This document shows, one piece after another, positions 1-11,326 of a stretch of DNA of 64,000 bases. Numbering within the stretch: the first letter of the stretch is position 1; every line of letters starts with the position of its first letter. The position numbers were made by a program, and so were the translations under genes. The notes beneath the pieces are model-generated. The model saw only the letters and a list, made by a program, of their open reading frames with translations. It was not told the origin of the DNA and made no database searches. This stretch comes from Eledone cirrhosa (taxonomy: Eukaryota), in contig OZ024741.1 in NCBI GenBank assembly GCA_964016885.1, positions 237,398,001-237,462,000 on the forward strand, read 5' to 3'.

Positions 1-404
1 TTAATCTAGGAAATGAACCCATAACCTTATGATCATGACCCCAACACTCTAACCACTAGGTTTTATTTAATGTTTAGTCAGAGAGAGAAGAGCTGTGCCC
101 ATTACCGATTTTCAGGGCTTCTAAGAGCAGTGTGAGGGAAGGAAGGTTTCCTCAAACCTAAAGTCTAATTCAAATGCTTGCAACAAAGTGGACTTAGCTA
201 AAGGGATCTGAAGGTCATGTGATGGATTAAGTCTACCATGCAAGAAGACCACAGAAGCATTAAACTCAGAGAATATAAAGAACCATAATAAATACTGCAA
301 GGCATTTAACAATTTCTCCAATACAATACTGTTATTTTATTTTATCAATCATAAAAATTGGGGAAGAGTTATTTAGATAATTTGCTTAATTTAGAAACCA
401 TTAT

Positions 405-590
405 TGGTGCAATGGATAAAATACCTTGCAACAATTTATTATGTCCTTTTACTTTCTGAGTTCAAATCCTTCCAAAGTCAACTTTGTTTTTCATCCTTCC
501 AGGGTTCATAAGGTAAGGTACTAGTTATGCAATATGACAACTGCACTGTCCTCCTAAAATCGGTGTTCTTGTGTCAGTGTTAGAAACAAT
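405..590 (+). mobile_element. Old tRNA-derived SINE, family 2 (one of many decayed copies)
   Basis: B-box-like GAGTTCAAATCC then GTCAACTTTGTTTTTCATCCTTCC and a TTAGAAACAAT tail. Related copies at about 3592-3780(-), 9560-9720(+), 10100-10290(-), 13875-14030(-), 18620-18770(+), 19695-20030(+), 23262-23440(-), 54030-54195(+), 56570-56790(+) and 63890-63970(-). Confidence 0.7.
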
Positions 591-2138
591 ATAGTGCTCT
601 TTATTGTTACTATTCATTTCGTCATTTTACTTGATTGATCCCTTATTGATTTTTAAAAGTATTTCGTCTTGGACCACTGTGGCCAATAAAAAAAATGAAG
701 ACTGATCCAATGGTTTAATAGTTGAAATTGGACAGCAGAAAATAACTGCAGCTCATACCATTTAAAACAAACAGGAATGGTTATGTCAAGCTAAATAGCA
801 TCCCTTGTGAAAGGGACAGGATGTTCACGAATGGGACAATTATGATTATAGGGTTGCTTAATCAGAGATTACCCGAAACAAAACAAAACACGCATAGAAA
901 TCGTAGAATGAAGCATATTTATAGAAAGTAGTAGTAGTAGTTGTATGTGTGTATTTGTATGTATGTACATGTGAGTGTGTATATTTATATAAACTTGTCA
1001 GTTAATACCAAGAATTACCCCAACACGCATATACAAATATAAACACACGCATATGTGTGTGCATGTTTACAATATTATTAATCGTATTATGAACATTTCA
1101 ACTACACAAAAGCTCTCTCTCTCTATATATATATGTGTGTGTGTGAGGAGCAAACCACAGGCTAATTTACATACCGTATGTATATATGCGTGTATGTGTA
1201 TACATATACGTGTATATATGTGTGTGTTTGTGTGACGACAAAAATGTCTGTAACTGCACTAAAAATACAGACAATTAAGCAAACAATATTCTCTGGACAA
1301 ACCATGAATATAACACACATCAATACACATAAAAAAACAATCTAAATATGTTTCAGGCTAAACAGGAAAACGAAGCTTACCTAAAGAAACTTGTTAGATT
1401 CCAGTTTGTGAAGAGGGTACATCAGTGGCTATAATACAGTGACCGATATACAAGGTAACTACCGTCATACATTGATCCCTCATTTAAGAATACTCTCATT
1501 TAACTTCTGTAAAACGAACACAAAGCCCTTCGTGGATTTCTGCGAGAAAAGAGAGAGAGGATTTAAAAAAGGAGATTTAAATAAGGGGATTATCTTTGTT
1601 TCAAGAGACAATGGTTCACGAAGAAGACTTCCTTAAGACCTATGATAGCAGAATGAATCGGTCTGAGCAATAACAGGAAGAGAATTTAAAAGGAGGAAGA
1701 TAAGTATACTTACCTTGGAATGTTATGTTTACCAAAATAGTAAGGTGTGTGTATATATATATATGTGTATATATATAGGGAAAGTATATATGTGTAAGTA
1801 TAACTATTATACTATATGTTTACTTATTTGTGGACATATGTGTTTCAGCTCTGGCGGTGTACATGGAGGAGACACAACTGCCACCCTTTGTATATCTCCT
1901 TTTCTCATACATTCTGTTTCTCTTTCATCTTCCCTCTTTTACACTAACTTACTCTCTCTCTTTGTGTCTTAGGTAAAGGGAGATAATCTAGCCAAAGCAC
2001 AGAAGAAGACGGTCTACTGTCATCAATTTTTCAGACGAAGACATTTCCTCATTTTTGATATTACTAAATTTCATGTGTATGTGTAAGAATGCACGCACAC
2101 ACATATGTATAATGTATACATATATATATATATATATA

Positions 2139-2280
2139 TTTCTTCAGGACTAGAACTGTTTCATTCAAAAGAACTCATCAATAAAACAGTTCTAGTCCTA
2201 TATTAAAGTCGATGTTTACACTCTACTAATGTATTTAGTACCTTACTAAGTGTGGTTACTCCCCGATTAAACCCGAGACT
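2139..2280. mobile_element. Decayed copy of the family-B hammerhead fold-back element
   Basis: AGGACTAGAACTGTTT...AAACAGTTCTAGTCCT inverted arms and the tail AATGTATTTAGTACCTTACTAAGTGTGGTTACTCCCCGATTAAACCCG match 35584-35800; the ribozyme core is truncated (TTGATGA on - strand). Confidence 0.65.
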
Positions 2281-2337
2281 CACACACACATATAATAATA
2301 ATAATTACGAAGACCAAAATCCGAAGAGGGCTCGATA

Positions 2338-2576
2338 CAGGGGCGGTGGACCCCCCCAACAATTATTTATTTCTCCCCAAACTACCAAAACACACTTCTA
2401 TTTGTATATGCGCTAATTTATGTACGTTATGTTTATTGCATATCGAAGGTTTTTTTTAATATATCTTGGTTGATATTTGATAATAACAGCTTGCCCTAGC
2501 ACAGCTGATACAACTAAATTGACCAAATCCCCCCCCCCCTCCGCCCACCAATTCAGAAAGGCTTCCACCTCCCCTG
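2338..2576. mobile_element. MITE (non-autonomous DNA transposon)
   Basis: TIRs CAGGGGCGGTGGA / TCCACCTCCCCTG flanked by direct repeat CGATA (2333-2337, 2577-2581); no ORF. Confidence 0.7.
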
Positions 2577-2604
2577 CGATAAGGATTGTATGTGTATGAA
2601 TATA

Positions 2605-3153
2605 TCATCATCATCATCGTTTAACGTCCATCTTCCACGCTTGCATGGGTTTGGATGGGAGTTTTCCCACTTGAGGCAAGATTGGTTGTCTTGCTCGTAT
2701 AGGACTGTCTGGTGGGTTTTCTACGGCTGGATGCCCTTCCTAACACCGTGGACTGGGAGGTTTTTACCGTGTTACCTACACGGTCACATTACAGCGTGGG
2801 CTGTGTTTTTTTTCGTGACACGACCTCATTTATTTCGGACTGGATGTGGTACCAAGATAACATTACATCGAAAGGGGTGGTATAGATGGGGTGGTGGTGG
2901 TGGTGGGACGGGGTGTATTTTTGTTAGAGGTGCCTACTGACTGTAGGTTTCGCTTTGTACTTAGGCAAGGCGGGTCTTCTGTATTACTGTATAGCGCCAA
3001 AGATCTCGGTCCAGTGACATTGTCTTGGAGAGGTGTAAGTGTGTGAGGTCGGAATTTATCAAGTCGTCCCAGGTTTTTCTGGGTCTGCCTACTCCGTGGC
3101 TACCGTCTATTTTTATCGCTCTGCACTTTTTTATACAGCTGTCGTCTTTCATG
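2605..3153 (-). mobile_element. 5'-truncated RTE LINE 3' end (subfamily 2)
   Basis: ORF 2961-3152 (GVGRPRKTWDDLINSDL...DRDLWR) is the RTE C-terminus, followed by 3' UTR and (GAT)n tail; closely similar to 5990-6568. Confidence 0.85.
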
Positions 3154-3280
3154 CAAGCAATGAATTATTTAATTTGTTGATTATTCAACAAATTTAGTTT
3201 ATTACAGTTTAGAAGCACTCAGCAAATTTCTTCTGGAGTATAATATTAATAAATGGAAGGTATCTTTATAAAACCATATT

Positions 3281-3341
3281 TATTTTATTATATATATTTC
3301 AAGGGTACCAAAATTTTGGTATGCTCTCATCAGATAAAATA
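3281..3341 (-). ncRNA. Type I minimal hammerhead ribozyme (family A)
   Basis: Reverse-complement copy of 3474-3534, with one loop II substitution. Confidence 0.8.
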
Positions 3342-3473
3342 CAAAAGTTGGTTTACAGATAGTGACATATTAAAACTAGAACTTAATGTTGTGAGTTCTA
3401 TTTGAATAGTCAAATAGAACTCACAACATTAAGTTCTAGTTTGAATATGTCACTATCTGTAAACCAACTTTTG

Positions 3474-3534
3474 TATTTTATCTGATGAGAGCATACCAAA
3501 ATGTTGGTACCCTTGAAATATATATAATAAAATA
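3474..3534 (+). ncRNA. Type I minimal hammerhead ribozyme (family A)
   Basis: Stem I TATTTTAT/ATAAAATA; core CTGATGA 3482-3488; stem II GAG-CA-TACCAA-aatg-TTGGTA-CC-CTT; GAAA 3515-3518; palindromic loop III TATATA; AUA cleavage after 3526. Confidence 0.85.
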
Positions 3535-3837
3535 AATATGGTTTTATAAATATACCTTCCATTTATTAATATTATTGATATATATATATATAATTGTTTC
3601 TACATTAGGCACAAGGCCAGCAAATTAACCAGTGCATTACTGGTACTTTATTTTATCGACCCCGTAAGGATGAAAGGCAAAGTCAACCTCGGCGGGATTT
3701 GAACTCAGATCGTAAAGGGACGTAACTATGCTGGAAAGCATGGCGTCCGACCCTCTACCGATACTGACAATCCACCGATATATATATAATGAAAATAATT
3801 GAAGTCAGATTTGCAGCTTGTGTCAAAACTCTATTTG

Positions 3838-3924
3838 CATATTACAATTGTTTCAATATCTATCAGCTCGGGTGTGATCAAAGCTATCGAAGCCCGACTC
3901 TTCTTCGAAATTTCCTCAGATATA
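3838..3924 (-). ncRNA. Type I hammerhead ribozyme with long stem II (family C)
   Basis: - strand reads TATAT-CTGAGGA-AATTTC...TCGGG..CCCGA...GATATT-GAAAC-AATT-GTA-ATATG; palindromic stem III ACAATTGT; GUA cleavage triplet. Confidence 0.75.
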
Positions 3925-4525
3925 TGAGTTTACCTGCATGATCCAAAACTGCTGACAGATGTCCCATCATCATTTTATATACACTTATTACTGGCTTCTA
4001 GGTAGGGTGGGTGAGGAAAGGGAGTAGGTAAAAGAACAGTAAATTTCTATTTAAAGATCACATAGATGAAGAATTGTAAATTTCTATTTAAAGATAACTA
4101 ATCAACGGGGATGCTACCAGTTGAAGAAAGGAGGAATAACAAAAGAGAATAGGGGAAGAGGAGGAAAAGAGCAACAGAAGAGAGAAAGAAGAGAACCAAA
4201 GGAGAAAGGGGAAGGGTAGAGAAATAAAGATAAATTAAAGTATTGTGTAAGAAATTTGTAGAAAATACCAAATTCGATGTTTGGCACCATTATTTCCGAT
4301 GGTTTTACAGCCATCTTTGAAGTATCTGTTAGTTAACTATTTGTCATTATGGTTGGGTCAATGATGATGTGTCTATCCCAACGATGACAACAACAATAAC
4401 AATAATCACCACAACAATATCAGCCGCACCAACACAATCATCATCGCTATTGGCAACGAGGGTAGCAGGTGCTGTATTTCAATACCCGCTGAATTGTTAG
4501 AACATTCTCTCTCTCTTCTCTCTCC

Positions 4526-4869
4526 ATTTCATTTTTTCATTTTTCATTTTACATCTGCTTCTCCCTGCTTGCAAGGGTGGGATGGGAACTGATTCTGGCT
4601 TGATTTCTACAGCTGGATGCCCTTCCTAACACCAACCTCATTTACAGTGAGTGGTGGGTGCTTTTTTGCCATGGCACCTCCACGACCACTTTGCAGTGGA
4701 ATGATATGGACCCCAGTCCCTATCATCTCATTTCTACAGCTGAGTAAACTGGAGCAATCTTAAATAAAGTGTCTTGCTCAAGGAAACAACACATCACCCG
4801 GTCTGAGAATTGAACTCACAACCTTTTGATTGCAAGGCCAATGCTCTAACCACTAAGCCATGTGCCTCC
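4526..4869 (-). mobile_element. tRNA-derived CORE-like SINE with RTE-derived tail (family 1)
   Basis: A box TGGCTTAGTGG, B box GAGTTCAATTC, CORE-like CCTTGAGCAAGACACTT...CAGTTTACTCAGCTGTAGAAATGAG, tail CCCACCCTTGCAAGCAGGG shared with the RTE end at 31768-31820. Confidence 0.85.
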
Positions 4870-5058
4870 ATATATATGTATATATATATATATAAAATTA
4901 GAATTTTATTTCTTGCCCTAGGACAGTTGGTACACAAATGTAAGTATGCATACGTACACACACACACACACGCACATACACACACGCACACACACACACA
5001 CACATATATATATTAAAATACGAATATTTATAAAATAGATGTTCTTTTGATCAATTAA

Positions 5059-5111
5059 ATTTTATTATACATATTTCAGAGGTACAACAGTATATCCTCA
5101 TCAGACAAAAT
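5059..5111 (-). ncRNA. Type I minimal hammerhead ribozyme (family A)
   Basis: - strand ATTTTGT-CTGATGA-GGATATACTGTTGTACCTCT-GAAA-TATGTA-TA-ATAAAAT. Confidence 0.75.
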
Positions 5112-5260
5112 ATAATGATGTATGACATACCCTGAGATGTTAAATGGTTAAGATTTAATCTTGATTAAATCTTAAGATTTAATCTTGATTAAATGGTTAA
5201 GATTTAATCTTGATTAAATCTTAACCATTTAACATCTCAGGGTATGTCATGTATCATTAT

Positions 5261-5313
5261 ATTTTGTCTGATGAGGACGTACTGTTGTACCTCTGAAATA
5301 TGTATAATAAAAT
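5261..5313 (+). ncRNA. Type I minimal hammerhead ribozyme (family A)
   Basis: Stem I ATTTTGT/ATAAAAT; CTGATGA 5268-5274; stem II GGA-C-GTAC-tgtt-GTAC-C-TCT; GAAA 5295-5298; loop TATGTA; AUA cleavage after 5306. Confidence 0.85.
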
Positions 5314-5453
5314 TTAATTGATCAAAAGAACATCTATTTTATTAATATTCGTATTTTAATATTAATAACTCTGGAAAATATTTTCTTGTAGAGTGCTTCC
5401 AATTTACTGTAAAACTCATTCTTTGATATACTCATTGAATCTTGTTTAACTCA

Positions 5454-5488
<35 letters not shown>

Positions 5489-5544
5489 TCATCATCATCA
5501 TTATTTTACGTCTGCTTTTCCCTGCTTGCAATATATATATATAT

Positions 5545-6568
5545 GGCCGGTGCTCTGGTGCAATAAGTAGCAGCAAGTGCCCACAAAATACTAGCTCTTT
5601 CAACTGCACAGAGGGCTCTATAGAAATAGTGGACAGCTTCCGTTACCTGGGTGACAAAATCAGCAGTGGGGGAGGGTGCTCTGAAAGTACAGTAGCTAGA
5701 GTCAGAACTGGATGGAAAAAGTTCAGAGAGCTTATACCACTATTAGCCGCTAAAGGGTTCTCCCTAAAAATGAAAGGCAGGTTGTATGATGCCTGCATAC
5801 GGACAGCAATGTTGCATGGCAGTGAGACCTGGGCAGACTAGAGAGGAACGAAGCTTGCATGCTCCGCTGGATGTGTAATAGTAATATACGTGAACGGCAA
5901 AGCATAAACAAACTAAGGAAAAAATTAGAAATAAGAGGGATCAGATGTTGTTTACTCGAGAGAAGGCTACGTTGGTATGGACACGTGATGCGCATGAAAG
6001 TCGATAGCTGTATAACAAAGTGCAGGGCAATAAAGATAGACGGTAGCTACGGAGTAGGCAGACCTAGAAAAACCTGGGACGAGCTGATAAACTCCGACCT
6101 CACACACTTACACCTCTCCAAGACAATGTCACTGGACCGAGACCTTTGGCGGTACTCAGTAATAGAGAAGACCCGCCTTACCTAAATACATAGTAAAACC
6201 TACTACAGTCAGTAGGCATCTCTAACAAAATACACCCCCGTCCCACTACCCCCACCCCATCCACACCGCCCCCTTCTATGTAAAGTTATGTTGGTGCCAC
6301 ACCATCCAGGCCGAAACAAATGAGATCGTGTAGGTGTCATGACAAAAAAACACAGTCCACGCTGTAATGTGGCCGTGTAGGCAACATGGTAAAAACGTCC
6401 CAGACCCACACTGTAAATGTGGTTGGTGTTAGGAAGGGCATCCAACTGTAGAAAACCTGCCAGACAGTCCTATGCGAGCAAGACAATCACTCTTGCCTCA
6501 AGTGGGAAAACCCCCGTCCAAACCCATGCAAGCGTGGAACACGGTCGTTAAACGTTGATGATGATGAT
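5545..6568 (+). mobile_element. 5'-truncated RTE LINE (subfamily 2), RT C-terminal region plus 3' UTR
   Basis: ORFs 5629-5841 and 5859-6185 (DSFRYLGD...MLHGSETW...[12 protein letters not shown]...GRPRKTW) homologous to 31200-31700; (GAT)n tail. Confidence 0.9.
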
Positions 6569-6585
6569 ATATATATATATATATA

Positions 6586-6640
6586 CTAGCTAAACTACCC
6601 GCCCTTTGGACGGTTCAAGTAGCTTTCGATGTAGCTCATT
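6586..6640 (-). mobile_element. Helitron-like 3' terminus (body extends rightwards, far end unclear)
   Basis: - strand hairpin CCGTCC-AAA-GGGCGG followed about 9 nt later by CTAGT. Confidence 0.5.
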
Positions 6641-7155
6641 AAACTAAACAAAGTAAATTTGAATACATAGAAGAAAAACGTACTTGATGTAAACATGAAA
6701 ACCGTAGGCACTATTCCAGCGAAATAATTAATATGTGAGCTCGGTGTCATCCGTTATACCATGTAACAACAGAAATCCAGTCTAGGTATTAATTTTTTTG
6801 GCAACAGTAAAAGCGCATCATGAAATAGAGAAGTGAAGTGATATAATAGACACTATTATATACAAAGCATAATATTGTAAAAGTTATGACATCACTTAAT
6901 GTATGAACATCAAGCTTGAAATGATAAATTATACAATGTCAAATCTATAACTTAACTTAGTGATCTGTTAGAAATTGCTGGTTGTGAAATAATGTTAGAC
7001 TGGTGATGTAACAAAAATATTTTTTATATTGTTATATTGTCCAACCCATGCAAGCGTGGAACAAAGGCCGTTAAATGATGATGATGATCATGATTATGAT
7101 ACATATATATATATATATCTAACAAGTTGGACTGGATACTTTTTCCATATATATA

Positions 7156-8046
7156 CAGGTTGCGGACGATATTTGGTTGCAATTTTCAACTGCTAATTTT
7201 ATGCAAATTTTTTTTACTTCCATTGTCACTCTTGTCTTCATAAAAACAGTGACTATATTTCCATTATTTATTTTCAGAATAATTGATTATGAATAATTTT
7301 GAACCTCCAAATTTGTGGAAGAAACACGGAGTTCTTCTTGGAATCCGCGCCGGGAGGACAAATAAGACCAGAAGATCAACTCCCAGAACAACAGGTGGCT
7401 CGCTGTCTCATACAAAGACGTGCCCAGAGTCATGCAGACAAAGTTTCCAGCGACAACATTGGTCTTAGGTGTCGTCAGCAGTCAAGGTGATATCATGCCA
7501 CCACACTTCTTCCCTGAGGGCCTCAAGCTGAACACCGATGGCTACATCCGCGTTCTGAGCGAGGTAGTAAAGCCCTGGATCGACCAGGTAGCTGTAGGTA
7601 GGCCATACGTGTGACAGCAAGACTCAGCGCTCTGCCATACCAGCCGAAAGACCCAAGCCTGGCTGTCAGAGAACTTCGTCGACCACACTTCACCTGACAT
7701 CTGGCCTCCCAGCTCGCCTGACTGCAACCCCTTCAACTTCTTTGTGTGGGGCGCAGTGGAACGAGACACCAACAGATCTAGCTGCAATACAAAAGACGAT
7801 CTGAAGGCCAGGATCACAAGTGCCTTTAGGGGCCTAAGTCGGGGGAGAGTGACGAAGGCCTGTAGCCGGTTCCGAGGCTGCCTTGAGGCCATCATCAAAG
7901 CCAATGGCGGGTTTATCGAGTGAGATCGAAAGAACAAATTATGAAGACAAACTGACCCAAGTTTGATAAATAAATTTAAAAAATAAAACTACTGTGTTAT
8001 TTTTTCCTAGACAGTAATCTTGCAAACAAATATCGTCTGCACCCTG
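7156..8046 (+). mobile_element. Internally deleted Tc1/mariner DD37D (maT-type) transposon
   Basis: TIRs CAGGTTGCGGACGATATTTGGTTGCAA / TTGCAAACAAATATCGTCTGCACCCTG with TA duplication; transposase relic PPHFF...RPYV*QQDSALCH...WPPSSPDCNPFN has 37 residues between the second D and the third catalytic position (now N). Confidence 0.9.
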
Positions 8047-8092
8047 TATATAAACATGAAGTGTAAGTCAATAGGTTAAAATTATCATATTT

Positions 8093-8151
8093 GCTGTTAT
8101 ATATATTTCGGTGATAACCATTATGCAACAGCTATGACCTCATCAGACAGC
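8093..8151 (-). ncRNA. Type I minimal hammerhead ribozyme (family A, solo)
   Basis: - strand GCTGT-CTGATGA-GGT-CA-TAGCTGTT-gcat-AATGGTTA-TC-ACC-GAAA-TATATA-TA-ACAGC; stems I and II fully pair although their sequence differs from other copies. Confidence 0.85.
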
Positions 8152-10406
8152 TTGAATTTGAACAGAAAAAAACAGAAAACCATAGTGATGGAATAAAGAT
8201 TACTTCTGTTATTTCTATTTTGATATGCTCAGTGCTGAAGTTTGGTGTTGTTTTCTCAAAGCACTGGTTGCATATATATATATATGATGGTGACATGAAT
8301 AGACCTGTTTTTTCTCTAGAAAATGTTTTCCATTGCTGCCACTGCCCAGTCTCTCCTCTACCTTTCTATTTCTTTTTAATTTCTCATTCTATTTTCTGAT
8401 GAAGGACTAGCATCTGAAACATGAGGACTCTTTTTCTACTATATCAAGTGTAAAACTAATGATATATTTCTTCATTGTTCTGTGACGTTTGCTTTGTTAT
8501 TTCTGTTTGCTTTTTGCATATATATATATTGATAAAGAACACCCAGTCCACACTGTAATATGTTGGCATTAGGGAGGACCTCAAGCGGTAGAAACCAAAC
8601 CAGAAAAAGTTCTGTATGAGCAAGACACTGTTGTAGCAGTAATTTGATACTCTCCTCAATAGAGTTTCTTTCACCCTTTTAAGTAGCCACCAAGAAGCTG
8701 ACCTTTGTGGCCTCATAATTAAGTTTCTATTGTCTGAGATTTTGTCATATCAAACGGATATCTGCTTATTCTCGAGTCCCAGAGACAAAGGAAAGAATAC
8801 TCATAAATAATTTGCTCCCAGAGTCAATTCCAGCAGTCAACTAGCTAAAATGTAGTGGTCAACTGTTTCACATACTGACCCCTTTGGGTCTCTCTCTCTC
8901 AGTTTCTCCCTCAGCCAGGCCAGTGAATTCATCCTATCAACAGAAGTTTGTTAAATACATATTGAATATCATTATTGAAAGCAAACAGACATATACATCA
9001 CATCGTCATTTCTTTATAGTTTCAAGTTTTGCTCTTGAAAAGTTCTAATAGTTGGATGCATTAATTACATCTGAACACTCCAATTTCCTCACATTATAAG
9101 AATGATTTTATATCTATTGGTGGTTCACTTCCTGAAACCTCCAATTTCTACTAATTGTTAAAATTCCTTTAAGAATGTTGGTATTTCTAGAAAAAAGAAA
9201 ATTATTATGTTTAATAATGGTTTCAAATTAATTAAATCTGTTTTTACTTTCACTAAATCTTGTGCTTTTATTTAATATGTATGAACTACCTATATAGTAT
9301 TTACAAAATTCAATTATGAAATATACTATTTATATTGAGCATGTATTTGTAGCACAGTGCATTAGACGCCAGGATCTTATAAATGCTTAAGAAAACATAC
9401 TTAATTTCTTGCATGAAGATCACTCCAATAGTATTAAAGAGAAATCCAATTGTTTTATTAAGAACAATTTGGGCATATTTATAGCAAGATTTCAACATAG
9501 GTAATGCGAGATATTTTGCTAGTATGTATTAAATATTTTATGTATTATATAAGTTACTGGGTGGTGGTAAATTAGTAGAATCATGAGAACATTGTATAGA
9601 ATGCTTTGTGGTATACATTCCAGCTCTCTATACTATCTGAGTCCAAATCCAGCTAAGATCAGCTTTGCCTTTCATCCTTTTGAGGTCGATAAAAAAAGGT
9701 ACCAGTTAAATAATGTGGTAGATTTTTTTTTCTCTATCTCTTTCTCACTTCATCTTTTTCATATCATCTTTCTCACATCCTCTTTCTTACTCTCTCTCTC
9801 TCCTTCTCTGGAAGAAATCAGCTGTGTCTGGACCTAGAGAAGGGATGAGTTCTGTCAGGTTTAAAGTACCTGAGACATGCTGTATGTCACATGTGAAATT
9901 CAGGAATTGTATAGAATACTTTGGTATTCTAGAAAAATCCTAAAGGCAAGGTATTAAATGCACATATTATATTGTAACTTTATATACTTTACCTAGGTGC
10001 TGTATACAATGCATACATGAATTTAGGCAAAGTATAATATTACATAACAGAGGTGGAGCACTTTATTAAAAAATTGAAATCTATGAGACCTAAACCAATA
10101 ATGATTTCTAATTTAGACACAATTCCTGCACTTTGTGGGGGAGGGGAAGTTGATTATATTGACCCCAGTACTTTTCTGATATTTTCTTTCATTGACCTTG
10201 AAAGGAGGAAAAGCAAAGTGGACCTTGATGGGATTTGAACTCAGAACATAAAGAGCCACAACAAATGCTCAAATGACTTTGCCAATCCATTACTTTGAAA
10301 CTTAAACAACCAATAATAAACATCAGAGATGAAAACATTTTATTAACAAACTAGTATTTGAATCCTAATCTAAATAATATTTTGATTAATATTGCATAAT
10401 TTTAGT

Positions 10407-10725
10407 CTACAATTTATTGCAATAGTCTGAACTTGAATGACATTTTGAATGGCATAATACATTTTTCTCTATGCAAAAACATTTCTATGTTTGGCACTTT
10501 GTCTTACACATGCACTTAACAAATCCTTGTCCAGTTCTCATAGATTGTGGTGTTGCAGCTGATCTGAGTAAGATTTAGTTATCCATCAAGATGTCTTCCA
10601 ATGCTAATAACGGCTACTTGTACACAGAAAACCTCTTCAGTCATGCCTAACAAATAGACATTGTCCTGAATATCCAAATTGGGAATGTCTCCACATCTTT
10701 TGTCACACTCAGGAATGGAAATCAA
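10407..10725 (-). pseudogene. Relic C-terminus of a Ginger2/TDD (KRBA2/SCAND3-like) integrase-type transposase
   Basis: Manual - strand translation LRSAATPQSMRTGQGFVKCMCKTKCQT*KCFCIEKNVLCHSKCHSSSDYCNKL* matches the Cys-rich tail recalled for these proteins; upstream SIPECDKRCGDIPN resembles the IPxVDRGRGDxxN motif. Confidence 0.7.
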
Positions 10726-11326
10726 AAATGGCAAAAAGTATAGGTAGGTATTCATGATGTGCACGCACAAAATGACTCATGATAAATAAATAAATAAATG
10801 TTTAACTGTAAACAAATAACAGTCAGCCAGTAGTGGCGAGGTACATTATTTACTATAGTTTACTCCTATTGAACTAGGTAATCTACAAAAAACTTAGGAA
10901 ATGTGTACAGATGATTTGATTTTATACTTAGCCTTGAAGTTTTAAGTATTCTGTAAAATGCCTGAATATTTTATACAATGTTGGGTTCCCCACTTTGCCA
11001 GTAACATATGTAGAAACTATGTAATATGATGGCTACAGCCAGACAACATCCAATGCCCCTATACCAGTAACTGGAGCAGGTTGAAGTATGGTTTTGAAGT
11101 ACGTTTGAATTTAGTTTATGACTGATGCAATGTGGTGTAGTGGATAGGGTTGATTATAGGAATATGACTGGAGTTTACTTGAGTTCATAGATAGCATGGG
11201 CTTACTTTAAATTTATTTACGTTCCTATGTATAGGGTTTCCCTTTTAAAAAATTGCTTTTCATTTTGCCTTGTTTTCTTTTGTTGTCTTCTCCTCCCTTT
11301 ATTAATTTCTATAAGTTTATCATATA

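Larger units (their letters stand above)
3157..3575. mobile_element. Fold-back element with two opposed hammerhead ribozymes (family A; Penelope pLTR-like)
   Basis: Near-perfect palindrome 3240-3575 centred at 3407/3408 (TTTGA-ATAG-TCAAA), plus a one-sided extension 3157-3239 similar to the reverse complement of 5363-5457. Confidence 0.85.
5010..5457. mobile_element. Fold-back element with two opposed hammerhead ribozymes (family A)
   Basis: Inverted arms spanning 5010-5362 with a reiterated mini-palindrome (TTAAGATTTAATCTTGATTAAATCTTAA) at the centre; one-sided extension 5363-5457 runs into (TA)n. Confidence 0.85.

Noticed and set aside
107-1720. Possible minus-strand UTR exons (donor-like sites near 106, 1380 and 1713; ORF 121-321)
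   Set aside because: Splice-like signals only, with no recognisable protein; insufficient evidence.
8391-8430. CTGATGA-AGGACTAGCATCT-GAAAC hammerhead-like core
   Set aside because: No UH triplet followed by a stem I partner; at most a decayed relic.
9349-9500. Exon-like segment (AG...GT) translating QCIRRQDLINA*ENILNFLHED
   Set aside because: In-frame stop and no recognisable homology; cannot be supported without a search.
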